From Octopus bimaculoides (lineage: Eukaryota): a DNA stretch of 38,343 nucleotides. Shown here piece after piece: positions 10,550 through 23,261 of this stretch. The notes below the pieces were generated by a model, which searched no databases, had not been told where the DNA came from, and worked only from the letters and a program-made list of their open reading frames with translations. Position 1 is the first letter of the stretch. Every line of letters begins with the position of its first letter. Location: contig NC_068987.1 of the NCBI RefSeq assembly GCF_001194135.2, forward strand, positions 35,396,001 through 35,434,343, in the 5' to 3' direction. The position numbers and the translations under genes are program-made.

Positions 10550-11121
10550 TATATATACCTATGTATATATAATATTCGTGCACATATATGAACATATTTA
10601 TCTATATACACTAGGAAACACCCGAGCTGGACATGTGGAACACATACCCACATACATGTGTGTACGCGCACGCCTGCATGAGTATATCACTAGTGAATGT
10701 GACAGATAATTTGGAGTTCATAGAAGAAGGGCTTCTTGCAAACGTTTTCTATATAAAAGCTAGACTAAATGCAAATGTGGCATGTTACATTAGGGTAAAG
10801 AAACACGGAATGCGTAGCATAAATGGTAGGATATCTAATGTAAATTAAATTCTAGCGGGGCGGCCATCTTTAACTAATTTAAACATCAGTTTTCGTTGTA
10901 AGAAGGAATCATATGAAGATTACTGATTATTATTAACACCCTAACCTCTTTCCCCTCAGTTACTATAATGCTTTAGTTAAGACGTGTTATTCCTTGAATA
11001 AAACTGGCCGCACTAGTGGGTTTAATTTTTCCTAGAGATTATAACATGAAAATCAGTAGGTAATCGATTTCACGTTATGAGAATTAACCTTACCTCTCTA
11101 TCCTGATGAATGGGTTAGTTA

Positions 11122-11824
11122 TTGGGTCATCCCATAAATAATGCGGTTTTCTTCAATTGCATGAAGAAAAGTCGTAGGGGGACAGGACAAGTTACCTCTA
11201 TCGACTTACTATAGTAATTTTACCATGTACTTATTCTTAGTAAAAGACTGCTGTTCTGTTTCAAAGCTAAAATAGTAGTGACAAAGGAGCATATTCGTCG
11301 TATTTTGCTTTATGAGTTTAATAAAGGCAGCAACGCAGCGGAAAGTACGAGGAATATTAATGCAGTATATGGGACAATGAGCGTAATCTAGTATCAACAA
11401 TGGTTCCAGAAATTCCTAGCCAGAAACTACAAACTGGAAGACGAGCCTGATCCTAGAAGATCTGTAGACGTCAACGAGGACATCCTGGAGACGATGGTGG
11501 AAGAACATCCCATCGTAACTGTTGCGTAACTAGTAGAGAAGCTTGGATTTCGTTGTTCCGCCATTCATCTACACTTACGTGGCATCGAAAAATTAGCAAA
11601 TTAGGTCAATGCGTTCCTCACAAATTTCCGCGTCTCATCGCTCGCAGCGAGTGAATGTGTGCTCTTCTTTGCTGTCACGTCTCACGAATGAACCTTTTTT
11701 CGACAGAATTGTGGCTGGTGACGAAAGATGGGTTTTCTGTTAAAACGTGAAGCGCCGAAGAGTGTGTGTAGGGAAATAAAAATAAAACAAGTATAAAAAC
11801 CGCATTATTTATGGGATGACCCAA
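11122..11824 (+). mobile_element. Mariner deletion derivative (703 bp) with perfect 29-bp TIRs
   Basis: TIR TTGGGTCATCCCATAAATAATGCGGTTTT at 11122-11150 and its exact inverse at 11796-11824, with TA on both sides. Remnants HIRRILLYEFNKG, LEDEP, SKLGQCVPH and RIVAGDERWV. The sequence ends shortly after the first catalytic Asp. Confidence 0.95.
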
Positions 11825-13219
11825 TACATAGCTCGAGAAATTTCTTTTTGGATACTTACATAGATATACATACAAACGTGTGTGATAGTGTGCGTGTGTG
11901 TGTGTGTGTGCCTCTGTGTGTGTGTGTGTGTGTGGGTGTGTGGGTGTGTGGGTGCGTGCGTGTGTGTGTGTGTATGTGTGTGTGTGTGCACGTATCTATA
12001 TATATGTGACTTTCTGTTTCGTATTATTATTTGCATTATCCTATCCATTTTAAGTTTTGAAATGTTTGTCTTAGACACTTTACTCAATTCTTTCTCACAC
12101 GATTTCATGTTTTAGTATTTGTAAATTTTATTCTCCCAGTATGAATTTCCCATTTGTTATGATTCTTTTAATATTTGTGCAATTTTATCAGCTGTTAATT
12201 TGATTGGCTGAATTGGCTAAATGCAAAGTGATGTTCTTTTTGTGGGTGTCATCAGCTACTGTTCTTCCTTTGTTGGTAGAGTTACCCTTCAGTCAATATA
12301 GGATATTTTTGTCTTGGTTATAGAAGGTCTATCATATAAAAGACTTGCGTATTAAATGATATATTTCTTTTAGTATGGAATGTCTGATACGATCTCTACG
12401 ATGTAATGTTGGTGTGTGTGACTCTCCTTGCTGTTGTGATCGTTTTCTCTGTCCATATTTTTTATAATTATCAACATTTCCTAAAAATAACGTTTCCTTA
12501 CATTCCTTTCCATTAATAATTCAACTGAAGAATGCTTTGGAATAATTTATTGAATCTTGTTGGTCCTTCCCTATCTCTTTTTCAAAATATGAAGCATCAT
12601 CTTGGGATCTTTGCCAGTTTTTATTTAAGTATGATTCAAATTGATGTGCAGATGTAATCTGAGATCCAAGAAACTTTCAGGTAGGAGAGTCATTAATGTT
12701 TTTAAAACTGTGGGTGCAAATTCCATGCCATTTGCAGTCCCTTTTATTGGCAGATAATACAAGATAATAACACCAATAGTAATCCGTGTTAGTGTATGTG
12801 TATGTGCGTGTGTACACGCGTGTGTGCGTGTCTGAGTGTGAATGCGATTGCATGCGTGTGTTTATGATATTAAAAGGCTATTTATATACTGTGAAATATG
12901 AATAATATATTTGTCTTTGTGTCCTGAGAATCTTTCTTAACCATAGTGTATCGCCCATCAATCTACAGAACAGAAGAAATAGAGCTAACATGTTAACAAT
13001 ACCATTATTTTTAAAGATCTTATATATGGCAAAATTCTTCAATAGATACTTTCTTTTATCAGTGTATTACATGTCATTTCAAAGAGATTCGGATGACACT
13101 TCAATCATGTCGAATGACACTGTCGGTTCGGCATTGCTATAACGGATGACATTAACATTGTTTCCGTTATTGAAGTCAGTGTTGTTGTTTTCATTTTTGA
13201 AATACCTTCTGACACTTAC

Positions 13220-13294
13220 CATGATTCAATTAATGTTATGGAGAGTATGTTTGTTAATCTATGTTTGATGTTGTTGTTATTTATATTGGCTTGT
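13220..13294 (-). CDS. Candidate internal exon: (L)QANINNNNIKHRLTNILSITLIES(W)
   Basis: Pyrimidine-rich acceptor ...TTCCATATTCTAG| and strong donor ATG|GTAAGT. Only the phase-2 frame is open. Confidence 0.3.
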
Positions 13295-14348
13295 CTAGAA
13301 TATGGAATTGGTATTAATAACAAATAAAGAAAAGTACGTGAATGAATACGATGTTCGATCATTTGATGATCGATCAATGTAGCGATTTACTTAATAGAGG
13401 AGGTAATTGAAATAAAACAGGTGGAATAAATGAATACACGGAATGTGTGATGGTGGAAGATTGTGATGTGATTTAAAATTGCTGCGTGTGCACGTTGCAT
13501 CAGTAAGTGCTAATAATATCGTTAATGGAAATCTACAACATATATTATACAAGGAAAGCAGAAGGCATAAAAATAACATCTGGATCAATGATTTCCATAT
13601 CAAAATGGAAAAAGTGAAGCAAAGTCTTCTAACGTAATATATGAAATTTTTCCAGAAATAGTGTTCCAAATATTTGAGTTGGTTTGCCATGAGTCTAAAT
13701 AGCAGAATTTATAGTAAAGAGAATGGCAATACCAATAAACAGGGCACGATTTGTAGCACATTAAATATATGCTACACACTTCTAAAAATATATTAATAAC
13801 ATGCCTGGGATAAATATGATGAATTACAGTATAGCTCATGATGTAGAAGCACGCCCGTGTATCATTGCTATCTGGGATTGATAAAGAACACGATTAAATA
13901 TTGGATCTGTTCCAAATACTAATTTCGTATAAGTAAATGTAAGTAAATGTCAAAAGACCTGATTTCTCCTAATTTTTTTATTTTTATTATTAATGACTAG
14001 TTTTAACTAAAAATACATCTATAGACAGTGCTATGTCACGAACCAAAACTTTCAATTTCCACATAAAATACGTTCGATGGAATGACAAAAACAAAAGTGG
14101 CACATTCAAAGTATAAGTTCATTCGTATCCTTTCATTTTGGCCGGCACATTTAAAAAATATGTTTTTGTAACTAAACACTTTCAAAATTCGTATACTGGT
14201 AAAGTTGTCTTATTTCGGTAATTTCAACCAATCAATGACGTGTATTCAACTGAATAAAATTACTGCCGTTGTTTGTCAACAATAACTATCGGCGGAGTAT
14301 ATTTCGTTTGTCACTGTTATTTATGACATCGTTCGTGCGTTTGTACTG

Positions 14349-14635
14349 GTTTTAGCTTTAGGGTTTTAGGGTTAGGGCTAGGGTTATGGTTAGGGTTGTA
14401 TGGTCAGGGTGAGGGTTTTGGGGTTAGGGATAGGGTTTTAGTGTTAGGGTTAGGGTTAGGGTTTTAGGGTCAGGGTTAGGGTTAGGGTTTGGGTTTTAGA
14501 GTTAGGGTTAGGGTTAGGGTTTTAGGTTCAGGGTTAGGGTTTTAGGCTCAGGGTTAGGGTTTTAGAGTTAAGGTTAGGGTTAGGTTAGGGTTAGGGTTTT
14601 AGGATTAGGGTTAGTGTTTTAGAGTTAGGATTAAG
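14349..14635 (+). repeat. Interstitial degenerate (TTAGGG)n telomere-like array
   Basis: About 290 bp of TTAGGG with TTTTAGGG, TCAGGG, TTAGAG and TTAGGA variants, flanked by non-telomeric sequence. Confidence 0.92.
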
Positions 14636-15530
14636 TCGTAAATATAGCGTAAAACAGAATTTGGAGAAAAAATTATGGCTTACCCAGAGACTCGAACCCT
14701 CATGGCACATAACCGTGTAAGTGATTCATTAAATAAGAGATTAGATTTCGGCTTTATTTTTGCTGTATTTTGTATTCTAATATGAATTATTATTTGTTTT
14801 CTTTCCCTATTTTGTTTGTTACGTGATATTCCCAACCTTCATTCTAGCGTAACAATAACATAGATTCAGCAAATGGTTTGGTATTTATTCTTCAATAACC
14901 AATTTACGATCAACTTGTATATATCCATACTGTCTGTATTCGGAATAAGTGACAAAAAATATGTGGAAGTCTAGCTGGTGTTTAAGATTTACTATCTGCG
15001 TGGCGAATGCAACTAAAATGCGTACAGTGATATACCGTTATGAAGGATTTTTCTCTAGTAGGTGTATGTAAGACAAAATATTCCAGATACACTGGAGCTT
15101 CCATGTATATGTTTTCGAAGTTTGTGCTCTATATTATGATGTGACGTAATGTTTTGATTCAGTCACATTTCAAGAAGATTAAATTGTCATCTTGAAATAT
15201 TGAATTTTATATAGACTTCTCCTCCTCTGTAATAAATGTTGCTCTTGTTTCTCTGTTTAAATTAGAACTGTCGATCGTTCTGTGTGCTTATGATGGAGGA
15301 GAACATTTATTTTTATATTACTATATTAAACAATATTGTATGCACCTTACGTATATATTTAAATAGTTATTCATATATATAGTAAATTAAATAGTTATTC
15401 ATTTCAATTCAACAGTGATGAGTGGTAGGGTCAAAAATATCCCATTACATATGTATATCTTCATATCACTTACCTCTATTGATTCCGGTCAATTCAACGT
15501 CTGTTCGTAAATAAATAATTNNNNNNNNNN

Positions 15531-15566
<36 letters not shown>

Positions 15567-15672
15567 TGTATGTATGTATGTATACAACAGCGCGTGTTTG
15601 TGTGTGAATGTGTGTGTGCATCATGAATGTGTGTTTTGTAAAAGATGTAAGAGTATACGTCAAAAGACTTAC

Positions 15673-15713
15673 AATCTACATTCAGCGATTTCCTGTATCC
15701 TCCCCTTATTTAT
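15673..15713 (-). CDS. Candidate 41-nt exon: INKGRIQEIAECR(L)
   Basis: Acceptor CCTTCTATAATATCATAG|, donor ATT|GTAAGT. Only the phase-0 frame is open. Confidence 0.27.
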
Positions 15714-16339
15714 CTATGATATTATAGAAGGTAATTTTCTGATATTAGCCCACTTATAAAGTATTTTTTGATGCAGTTATATCTATACTTATTTCGATAT
15801 AACTAAAAAAGGATGTGATACCAGTAACAACTCCTCCATATCTTTTACTGTAATATATCAAATACATGATATATTGCAAGAAAAGATAGACATCATATGT
15901 GACGTAATAAAATCAGAGAACATGGAATATTCTTTCACCTCCGAAGAAACATCAAGGAACCCCCAAAACACAGAGCGTGGTGACAATAGTACAAATACAC
16001 ATATAGGAAGACATACTGCAATTCGGTTCCAGGTCCGATGATGCCAAGACTTTAAATAAACCCACAGAATATATAGATACTAGATTTCTATAATTTATAC
16101 AAACATTATTATATAATACATATATAAATATATAATTATATAATGTTTAGAAGAAGCCTCAACAATGAGGGTATGGATAACATTTTAAAAGTTCCAGATT
16201 CAACGTTACACTTATTATCTCGTAAATGAAAGCAGACATTGGATAGTTTAGACTCCATCTCCTATAGATTTCTTCGTGTAACGATGATGAGTAAATTTTC
16301 AGAAATATATCTATTGTACCCCTTACAAGAGGAGTTACA

Positions 16340-17110
16340 AGAATTTAGATAAGTACATAGCCACAATTTCCAAACTTCCTGTCAGTGCACATAAATGGAA
16401 AGAAACATTCGTCGAAAAGAAAAGGGAGCTTTACTAACACGGAAGAACAACAATCCAATTATCCTAAACTAAGACAAAAATGGTGGGGTGATAGAGATTA
16501 ATGGTAAGAACTATAATAAAGACAAGATATTGAAACATCTAACAAATCAAAATTACTATTAGTAGTAAAAAAGAAAGTCAGGGTGAAATAAATATGCTCA
16601 TCTGTTGTTTATAACAAACAAAAGAGAAAAAAAGGGACGCAGCGCTACGGATGTACCAGCACACACGACATCGAAACATGGCCGACCTCACGCACGTCTC
16701 ATGAGGAATTCCGAAAGGAGCTTCGTGAGACCAATGCTGAGACACTTCAAAAAAAATAATAAAGAAGAAAAGCTGTTGGAAAGCCGATTATTGCAGTGAC
16801 TCCATCTAAGAATATCTGGAGGAGGAGTCTTATTCCGAAATATCATATCAGACTATGAATGACTAAATTACAAGTATATAGTCCATTGTTTGAATTATAG
16901 TGCATTGTTGTACCATTCAAGACATTTTATTCTTTAGAATAAGAATATTAATTAATCAATACGCAGATTCCTTCACAATTAAAGAAATACAGTAGATGTG
17001 TAACTCTGAAATTAAAAAGAGCTATTTCCACGGATTACCCAAGATCCACAAAATTTCGGAAATACAGAGTAAACATTCAAACCAATTTTCCACTTGTGGA
17101 TAAAATGAAA
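16340..17110 (+). mobile_element. Penelope-like element RT N-terminal remnant, interrupted at ~16590-16950
   Basis: NNPIILN*DKNGGVIEINGKNYNKDKILKHLTNQNYY matches the PLE IIIKxADKGG..Y..K..L motif. It resumes as FTIKEIQ*MCNSEIKKSYFHGLPKIHK, matching the PLE FYGLPKIHK motif at ~17023-17052. Confidence 0.68.
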
Positions 17111-18972
17111 CCTGACAAAATAATCCAATGACTGAAGACATTTTCTCACTTGAACTAACACCAATTTGAACCATTCCAGAAAATGACACCTTTCTCGACC
17201 TGCGTAAGCACAGGATGGACTATAATATAAAATACAGTTTCAAGAATCTCAGAAAAAGTGATCAGTGACACTCTCGCAAGTTCTTTAATATGTTCTCTCG
17301 TCTGTCTTCAGTATTCCTTGTACTACTTTATTTCACACTATCTTTCCTTTTTCGTTTATTTTTCTCTCTCTGAGTCAGCCTCCAAATACACTACACACAC
17401 ATATGTACACAAACATAAATACACAAGTATATACACACACAAGTAGATTCAAAATGACAAGGAACATTTCATCCGACAGGAAGTCTACATGATTCAACTA
17501 ACACATATGAATGACAATTTTTTTTCTAAAAGAAATCATTCCCTATGAATCTGAAATGCGACATGAAAAATGCTGATTACCTCTTCTATTTTATATATGC
17601 ATACATACATACATATATATATANNNNNNNNNNNNNNNNNNNNNNNNNNNNNNNNNNNNNNNNNNNNNNNNNNNNNNNNNNNNNNNNNNNNNNNNNNNNN
17701 NNNNNNNNNNNNNNNNNNNNNNNNNNNNNNNNNNNNNNNNNNNNNNNNNNNNNNNNNNNNNNNNNNNNNNNNNNNNNNNNNNNNNNNNNNNNNNNNNNNN
17801 NNNNNNNNNNNNNNNNNNNNNNNNNNNNNNNNNNNNNNNNNNNNNNNNNNNNNNNNNNNNNNNNNNNNNNNNNNNNNNNNNNNNNNNNNNNNNNNNNNNN
17901 NNNNNNNNNNNNNNNNNNNNNNNNNNNNNNNNNNNNNNNNNNNNNNNNNNNNNNNNNNNNNNNNNNNNNNNNNNNNNNNNNNNNNNNNNNNNNNNNNNNN
18001 NNNNNNNNNNNNNNNNNNNNNNNNNNNNNNNNNNNNNNNNNNNNNNNNNNNNNNNNNNNNNNNNNNNNNNNNNNNNNNNNNNNNNNNNNNNNNNNNNNNN
18101 NNNNNNNNNNNNNNNNNNNNNNNNNNNNNNNNNNNNNNNNNNNNNNNNNNNNNNNNNNNNNNNNNNNNNNNNNNNNNNNNNNNNNNNNNNNNNNNNNNNN
18201 NNNNNNNNNNNNNNNNNNNNNNNNNNNNNNNNNNNNNNNNNNNNNNNNNNNNNNNNNNNNNNNNNNNNNNNNNNNNNNNNNNNNNNNNNNNNNNNNNNNN
18301 NNNNNNNNNNNNNNNNNNNNNNNNNNNNNNNNNNNNNNNNNNNNNNNNNNNNNNNNNNNNNNNNNNNNNNNNNNNNNNNNNNNNNNNNNNNNNNNNNNNN
18401 NNNNNNNNNNNNNNNNNNNNNNNNNNGTGTGTGTGTGTGCATGTATATATAATTCAAAGAAAGAGGTTGTGAATCCAATCAACTAAGAGATAGTATGTAT
18501 CCAATATACTACTGGTAGAATACCTAATGATTACACAAGTGTTGGTTATTGTGTGGCAATTACCCCACTGGGTATAATGATTAGGCGATGATAATAATTG
18601 GATTTAGCCTTAATTTATATGGCAAGAAGAAAATGCAGGTAACCCACAGGTAGCAGTCATCAGTTGTTAGACATTATATTATGTCTATTTATTTAAAACA
18701 GTGCAGATAATATATAAGTGCATGCGTAAAGTATTAGTAATTTCTAGAATACAGAAAGAAGACCAGTCTCATACAACTTTTTCAGCCAAGAGGTCATAGT
18801 ACCTTTTATGTTATTTCCATCTTTTCGGTGTATTGTAAATCTGTAGATAAAATGAGGGTACTTGAGTATGCCTTTAGGCTTCGTCAGAGAGTTTTATAAG
18901 ATAGTCCAAGAAGTTCATAGGGTAAAAAAAAACTCTCTAAAGAAGCATGCATATTTATATATGCATAAATTA

Positions 18973-19011
<39 letters not shown>

Positions 19012-19987
19012 NNNNNNNNNNNNNNNNNNNNNNNNNNNNNNNNNNNNNNNNNNNNNNNNNNNNNNNNNNNNNNNNNNNNNNNNNNNNNNNNNNNNNNNNN
19101 NNNNNNNNNNNNNNNNNNNNNNNNNNNNNNNNNNNNNNNNNNNNNNNNNNNNNNNNNNNNNNNNNNNNNNNNNNNNNNNNNNNNNNNNNNNNNNNNNNNN
19201 NNNNNNNNNNNNNNNNNNNNNNNNNNNNNNNNNNNNNNNNNNNNNNNNNNNNNNNNNNNNNNNNNNNNNNNNNNNNNNNNNNNNNNNNNNNNNNNNNNNN
19301 NNNNNNNNNNNNNNNNNNNNNNNNNNNNNNNNNNNNNNNNNNNNNNNNNNNNNNNNNNNNNNNNNNNNNNNNNNNNNNNNNNNNNNNNNNNNNNNNNNNN
19401 NNNNNNNNNNNNNNNNNNNNNNNNNNNNNNNNNNNNNNNNNNNNNNNNNNNNNNNNNNNNNNNNNNNNNNNNNNNNNNNNNNNNNNNNNNNNNNNNNNNN
19501 NNNNNNNNNNNNNNNNNNNNNNNNNNNNNNNNNNNNNNNNNNNNNNNNNNNNNNNTATACATATATACACATATATACGTATACATTTATACGCATGTAT
19601 CTATCTATCTACCTACCGACATACATACATACATACATACATACATACATACATACATGCATGCATACACACATATACATGAAGTATTGCAATAAACGAT
19701 GCAGCTGCTGTTAGTGACATCAGGCAATTTATTAGTTAAACAGGAATTAGTTTATGCATAATTTCACCAAGTTCTCTATAGATAGGCAGATATCAAGAAA
19801 GCGCAGATGATAATATCACATAAATATAAAAGCTATATCCAGGTAATCTCTCTATAACTGTTTTATACACTTGGCATATCGCTGTACCTATTCTACAAAA
19901 ACATATGCATGATACACGTGCACACCAACGTACGTACTCACATATATGCATCCGTAATACACACACATGCACATTTATAAATATCTT

Positions 19988-20037
<50 letters not shown>

Positions 20038-20819
20038 CTTGTGTGTTTGTGTATTATAGATGCGTTTGTATCTGTGTATACAGTCCTATGATAATAGTAC
20101 ATGACATAGAACCGGATAAGAGAAAAAATGTGTCACATGTGAATTATTTATTTAAGAATTGATATTGAATTGCCTGGAGTCGACTGAGGAAAGCGATTTC
20201 ATCTGACATTTATTTGACATCGCTTTTTATTAAAATGAGTAACTATCTAATAACTAATTAAGCTAGATTAATTAGTATTTAAACATATAATTGGAGTGCA
20301 GAAAATGGAAAAAAATTGTTTTCTATAATAATTCATAACTATATGCTCCCCTCCATCACAAGCATACAGGACAATCAACAATTCTAATGTAAATAGTGCA
20401 ACAAATATAATACTTCCTACGAAGGCGGAGAAAGCAAGCCCGACAAGTACCTTTGAAATATTGTGTATAGGATGAGAAAGTTAATCTGTGAGGTATTGCC
20501 TCATCAGTTAGGTCTAGCTCGAACTTCGGCTCTTTTTGAACTCGCTTCTAGTATATATGATCTCTTCACCCAAATTAATGGATGATTTTCCGAAACAGAC
20601 GTTAGTATTAGGAATTCTTGGTCGGTATTTTTTGGAAGATTAAGGTCCCTGTTAGTGTATATGTTTACACCTATGTGCGTTGACTAAAGTATTAGAGCAA
20701 TTTAGCCATTTTTTCCAGGAATGTAGGTTTTCTAACACCCTTGTCATATTTAGTGGCGATTATAATTCGCCTATTTGAAGAAGCATTGAAAACTGTTGTT
20801 TATATTAATTTTCTCTGTG

Positions 20820-20880
<61 letters not shown>

Positions 20881-21259
20881 NNNNNNNNNNNNNNNNNNNN
20901 NNNNNNNNNNNNNNNNNNNNNNNNNNNNNNNNNNNNNNNNNNTATGCTACCTTTTAAAAAATTGGTTTGCAATATCTTTAATGTGAATTTATGTCACAAA
21001 ATGTTCTTGATGTGTCTTTGATGGGTCGTTATACCAATAATAACTCATGGAGTGTTTCGAAATGACTTCTTTATTGTTAGCCACTAAAACGTCACGTAGC
21101 GGCGAAAGTGCTTTGACCATGATTCAACCGATAGATTGTTTGTGTTTGTGTATTTGTAGAAATATGTATGACTATATGTACGTTTTTTTTTTCCTGTTTT
21201 ATTTTTTAATTCTTCTTCTGCTAGTTTCTAGCAAAGGTACAAAGCTCCATCGTTTGAAC

Positions 21260-21990
21260 TTTGATAACATATCCAACGTTACATTTTAAACTTGCAGTAC
21301 ATTCTTGTATACGTTTTATCATTCCACTTACAGATCGTATTTGTAATGTGCGAATTAGTTGACTGATTTCTTTTTCCGAAAATTAAAGCTTATACAGACT
21401 TGCAATTGTGCATTTACTCACAAAATAAAATGAACCAGTAATTATTGGTATAAATATGAATTAATAACCTGGATATAGAAACCGGAGGTTTTGTACCAGC
21501 TGCACATAGTTATCCTGTTTCTCTTTGGTTTTCAATGAAATATTCACATCAACGGGATAGCAGATTCTCTGACTGTACGTACATTTCGTGTCTGCCCCAA
21601 ACAACAATATCCGGCCTTTTGTGTTTACAATTGACAGACGTTTTGATGCGAATGTTTCACCAGTATTTCTTCTTTTGATGTGTCTATGTGTGCTTACGTA
21701 TAAGGGGATTCTTGTATTTATTCCAAAATAGTCATATTTCCGAGTGGCATTGTATATCTTTTTCGTGATAACGTCGTGTCGGATACTGAAGTAGTCCCTT
21801 GAGGATTTTTTTAGGCAGCTGTTATTTACTTGTGTGATGTCTTCCACAGAAATATAATATAATCTTTATTTTCTCTTGCAATTTAGAGCTTCAAGCATTT
21901 CACTGTTTCTTTTGTGTGTAAAGTACTTCGTAACAATCTCCTGTTAATAAATTGAAAATGCATAGCCTTCGCACCAGATTAAAACAGGTT
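21260..21990 (-). mobile_element. R4/Dong-like LINE C-terminal fragment (CCHC region and restriction-like endonuclease)
   Basis: CEGYAFSIY*QEIVTKYF...SVEDITQVNNSCLKKSSRDYFSIRHD...ICYPVDVNISLKTKEKQDNY...FIPIITGS...LIRTLQIRS. It contains EGY..QEQE, ExxxH..C, RHD and D.N...KEK-type motifs. The ORF-track entry 21461-21847 is part of it. Confidence 0.75.
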
Positions 21991-22534
21991 AGCCTCCTAT
22001 AGATGTCACAGCTATTTTAACGTTTTCCGGAAACATACCTATGCATAGTCTTCACCCGTATGCTGAGCGTTTCACATCTTGGTTGGTTCTGATATATGTT
22101 AGTCCTGCTGTTTGGGGTTGTGTGGGAGATCATCAGTGAACGCTTGCCAAGGAGCACATTTCTGATACCGCATCGATCTCAAGCCTCTACTCCTTTCATC
22201 ATTTCTTAGCCTGTCAATACCACTATTTCTATAGAGTAATCCATGAAAGGAATAACTTTAAAACCTCGATGACTGTATCCCGCACACAGCTATAATTCCT
22301 ACGAAATAGGCGAATGCCGGTGAATTAAAATACTTAATTTCTTGACATAGCAAGAACTGTAAGCTTAACTATATTGCTGCTAAAGTTGGAATTCCAATCG
22401 AAAGTATTTGCATTTAAATAGTCTGCAGATAGAAATTTGTACGGAAAATATTAAAATAAAAGGTACTAGGTGCTTCAACATCCTGTTGGTAATACGATTA
22501 AATCTGAAAGGCAATTTTCGATCGCCTGTATTAC

Positions 22535-22653
22535 CATTTCATGTCCATCTTCACTGAGATCATACAGTACACTCTGTGATACTCTATCCTTCTCGGAAAG
22601 GATGTTTGTTGATGACGCTTTATACAACATATGAGTGTTTGGGGTAGGATGTT
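22535..22653 (-). CDS. Candidate internal exon: (E)HPTPNTHMLYKASSTNILSEKDRVSQSVLYDLSEDGHEM
   Basis: Acceptor TTCTTGATATGCAG|, donor ATG|GTAATA, 119 nt. It ends in phase 0, compatible with 15673-15713. Confidence 0.27.
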
Positions 22654-23261
22654 CTGCATATCAAGAATCCAGGAAAGTTGTACTTTTAAAGATTCATAGG
22701 TGCAGATTCTCAATCAATTGTCTCTAGTCGTAATTATTTTTATTTTTCAGTCGGAAAAAGATTACGTTACTGAAAAGAACCACCCCAGTTATCTCCGTTT
22801 ATATCTAAGCTGACTTAACAACATTTATATTTCGAATGTCCCTTAACAGCTTAACATGCATCCCGTCACATCACTAGATGGGTTTCTGAAAGCTTAAATG
22901 TCAGTTCTGATACATTGATAAAAATATCAGTGAAAGTTGCAAAAGAGTTTTTTAAAATTTAAAAGACGGGTAATATCTTTGTGACAGATCAATATTCCAA
23001 ACTCCCACTCAATATCAACCAGTATAATATGTTTTCATACATATAAAAGTTCCACATACAGCTTATTTCATTACCCATCTGACCGCTAATTCCCACGTCA
23101 ACATGTTTTGAGTCAATTAGATCTTACATTTTTCAAATGATAAGTTTATTTCAACATTATGATGCGTCGCCCTTCTATTTTATCGTCACAACACCTTTGG
23201 GACCATTTGTTGTAATGTATTGTGGCATCCGAGTGTAATTACATTTTGTGATAAAAAAAAA

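Noticed and set aside
10852-11016. Possible small MITE (CTAG..GCGGCCA / TGGCCGCACTAG) with a YY1-like CGGCCATCTT
   Set aside because: The inverted match is short and gapped, with no TSD.
13390-13900. Hydrophobic, Cys/Tyr-rich minus ORFs that suggested a GPCR
   Set aside because: No DRY, NPxxY or other 7TM motif; all frames contain stops; the composition is explained by AT richness.
14349-14635. True chromosome end
   Set aside because: The array is degenerate, short and flanked by ordinary sequence on both sides.
20482-20512. CTGATGAG on the minus strand as a possible hammerhead core
   Set aside because: No GAAA or stems I/III follow; it is only a small hairpin.
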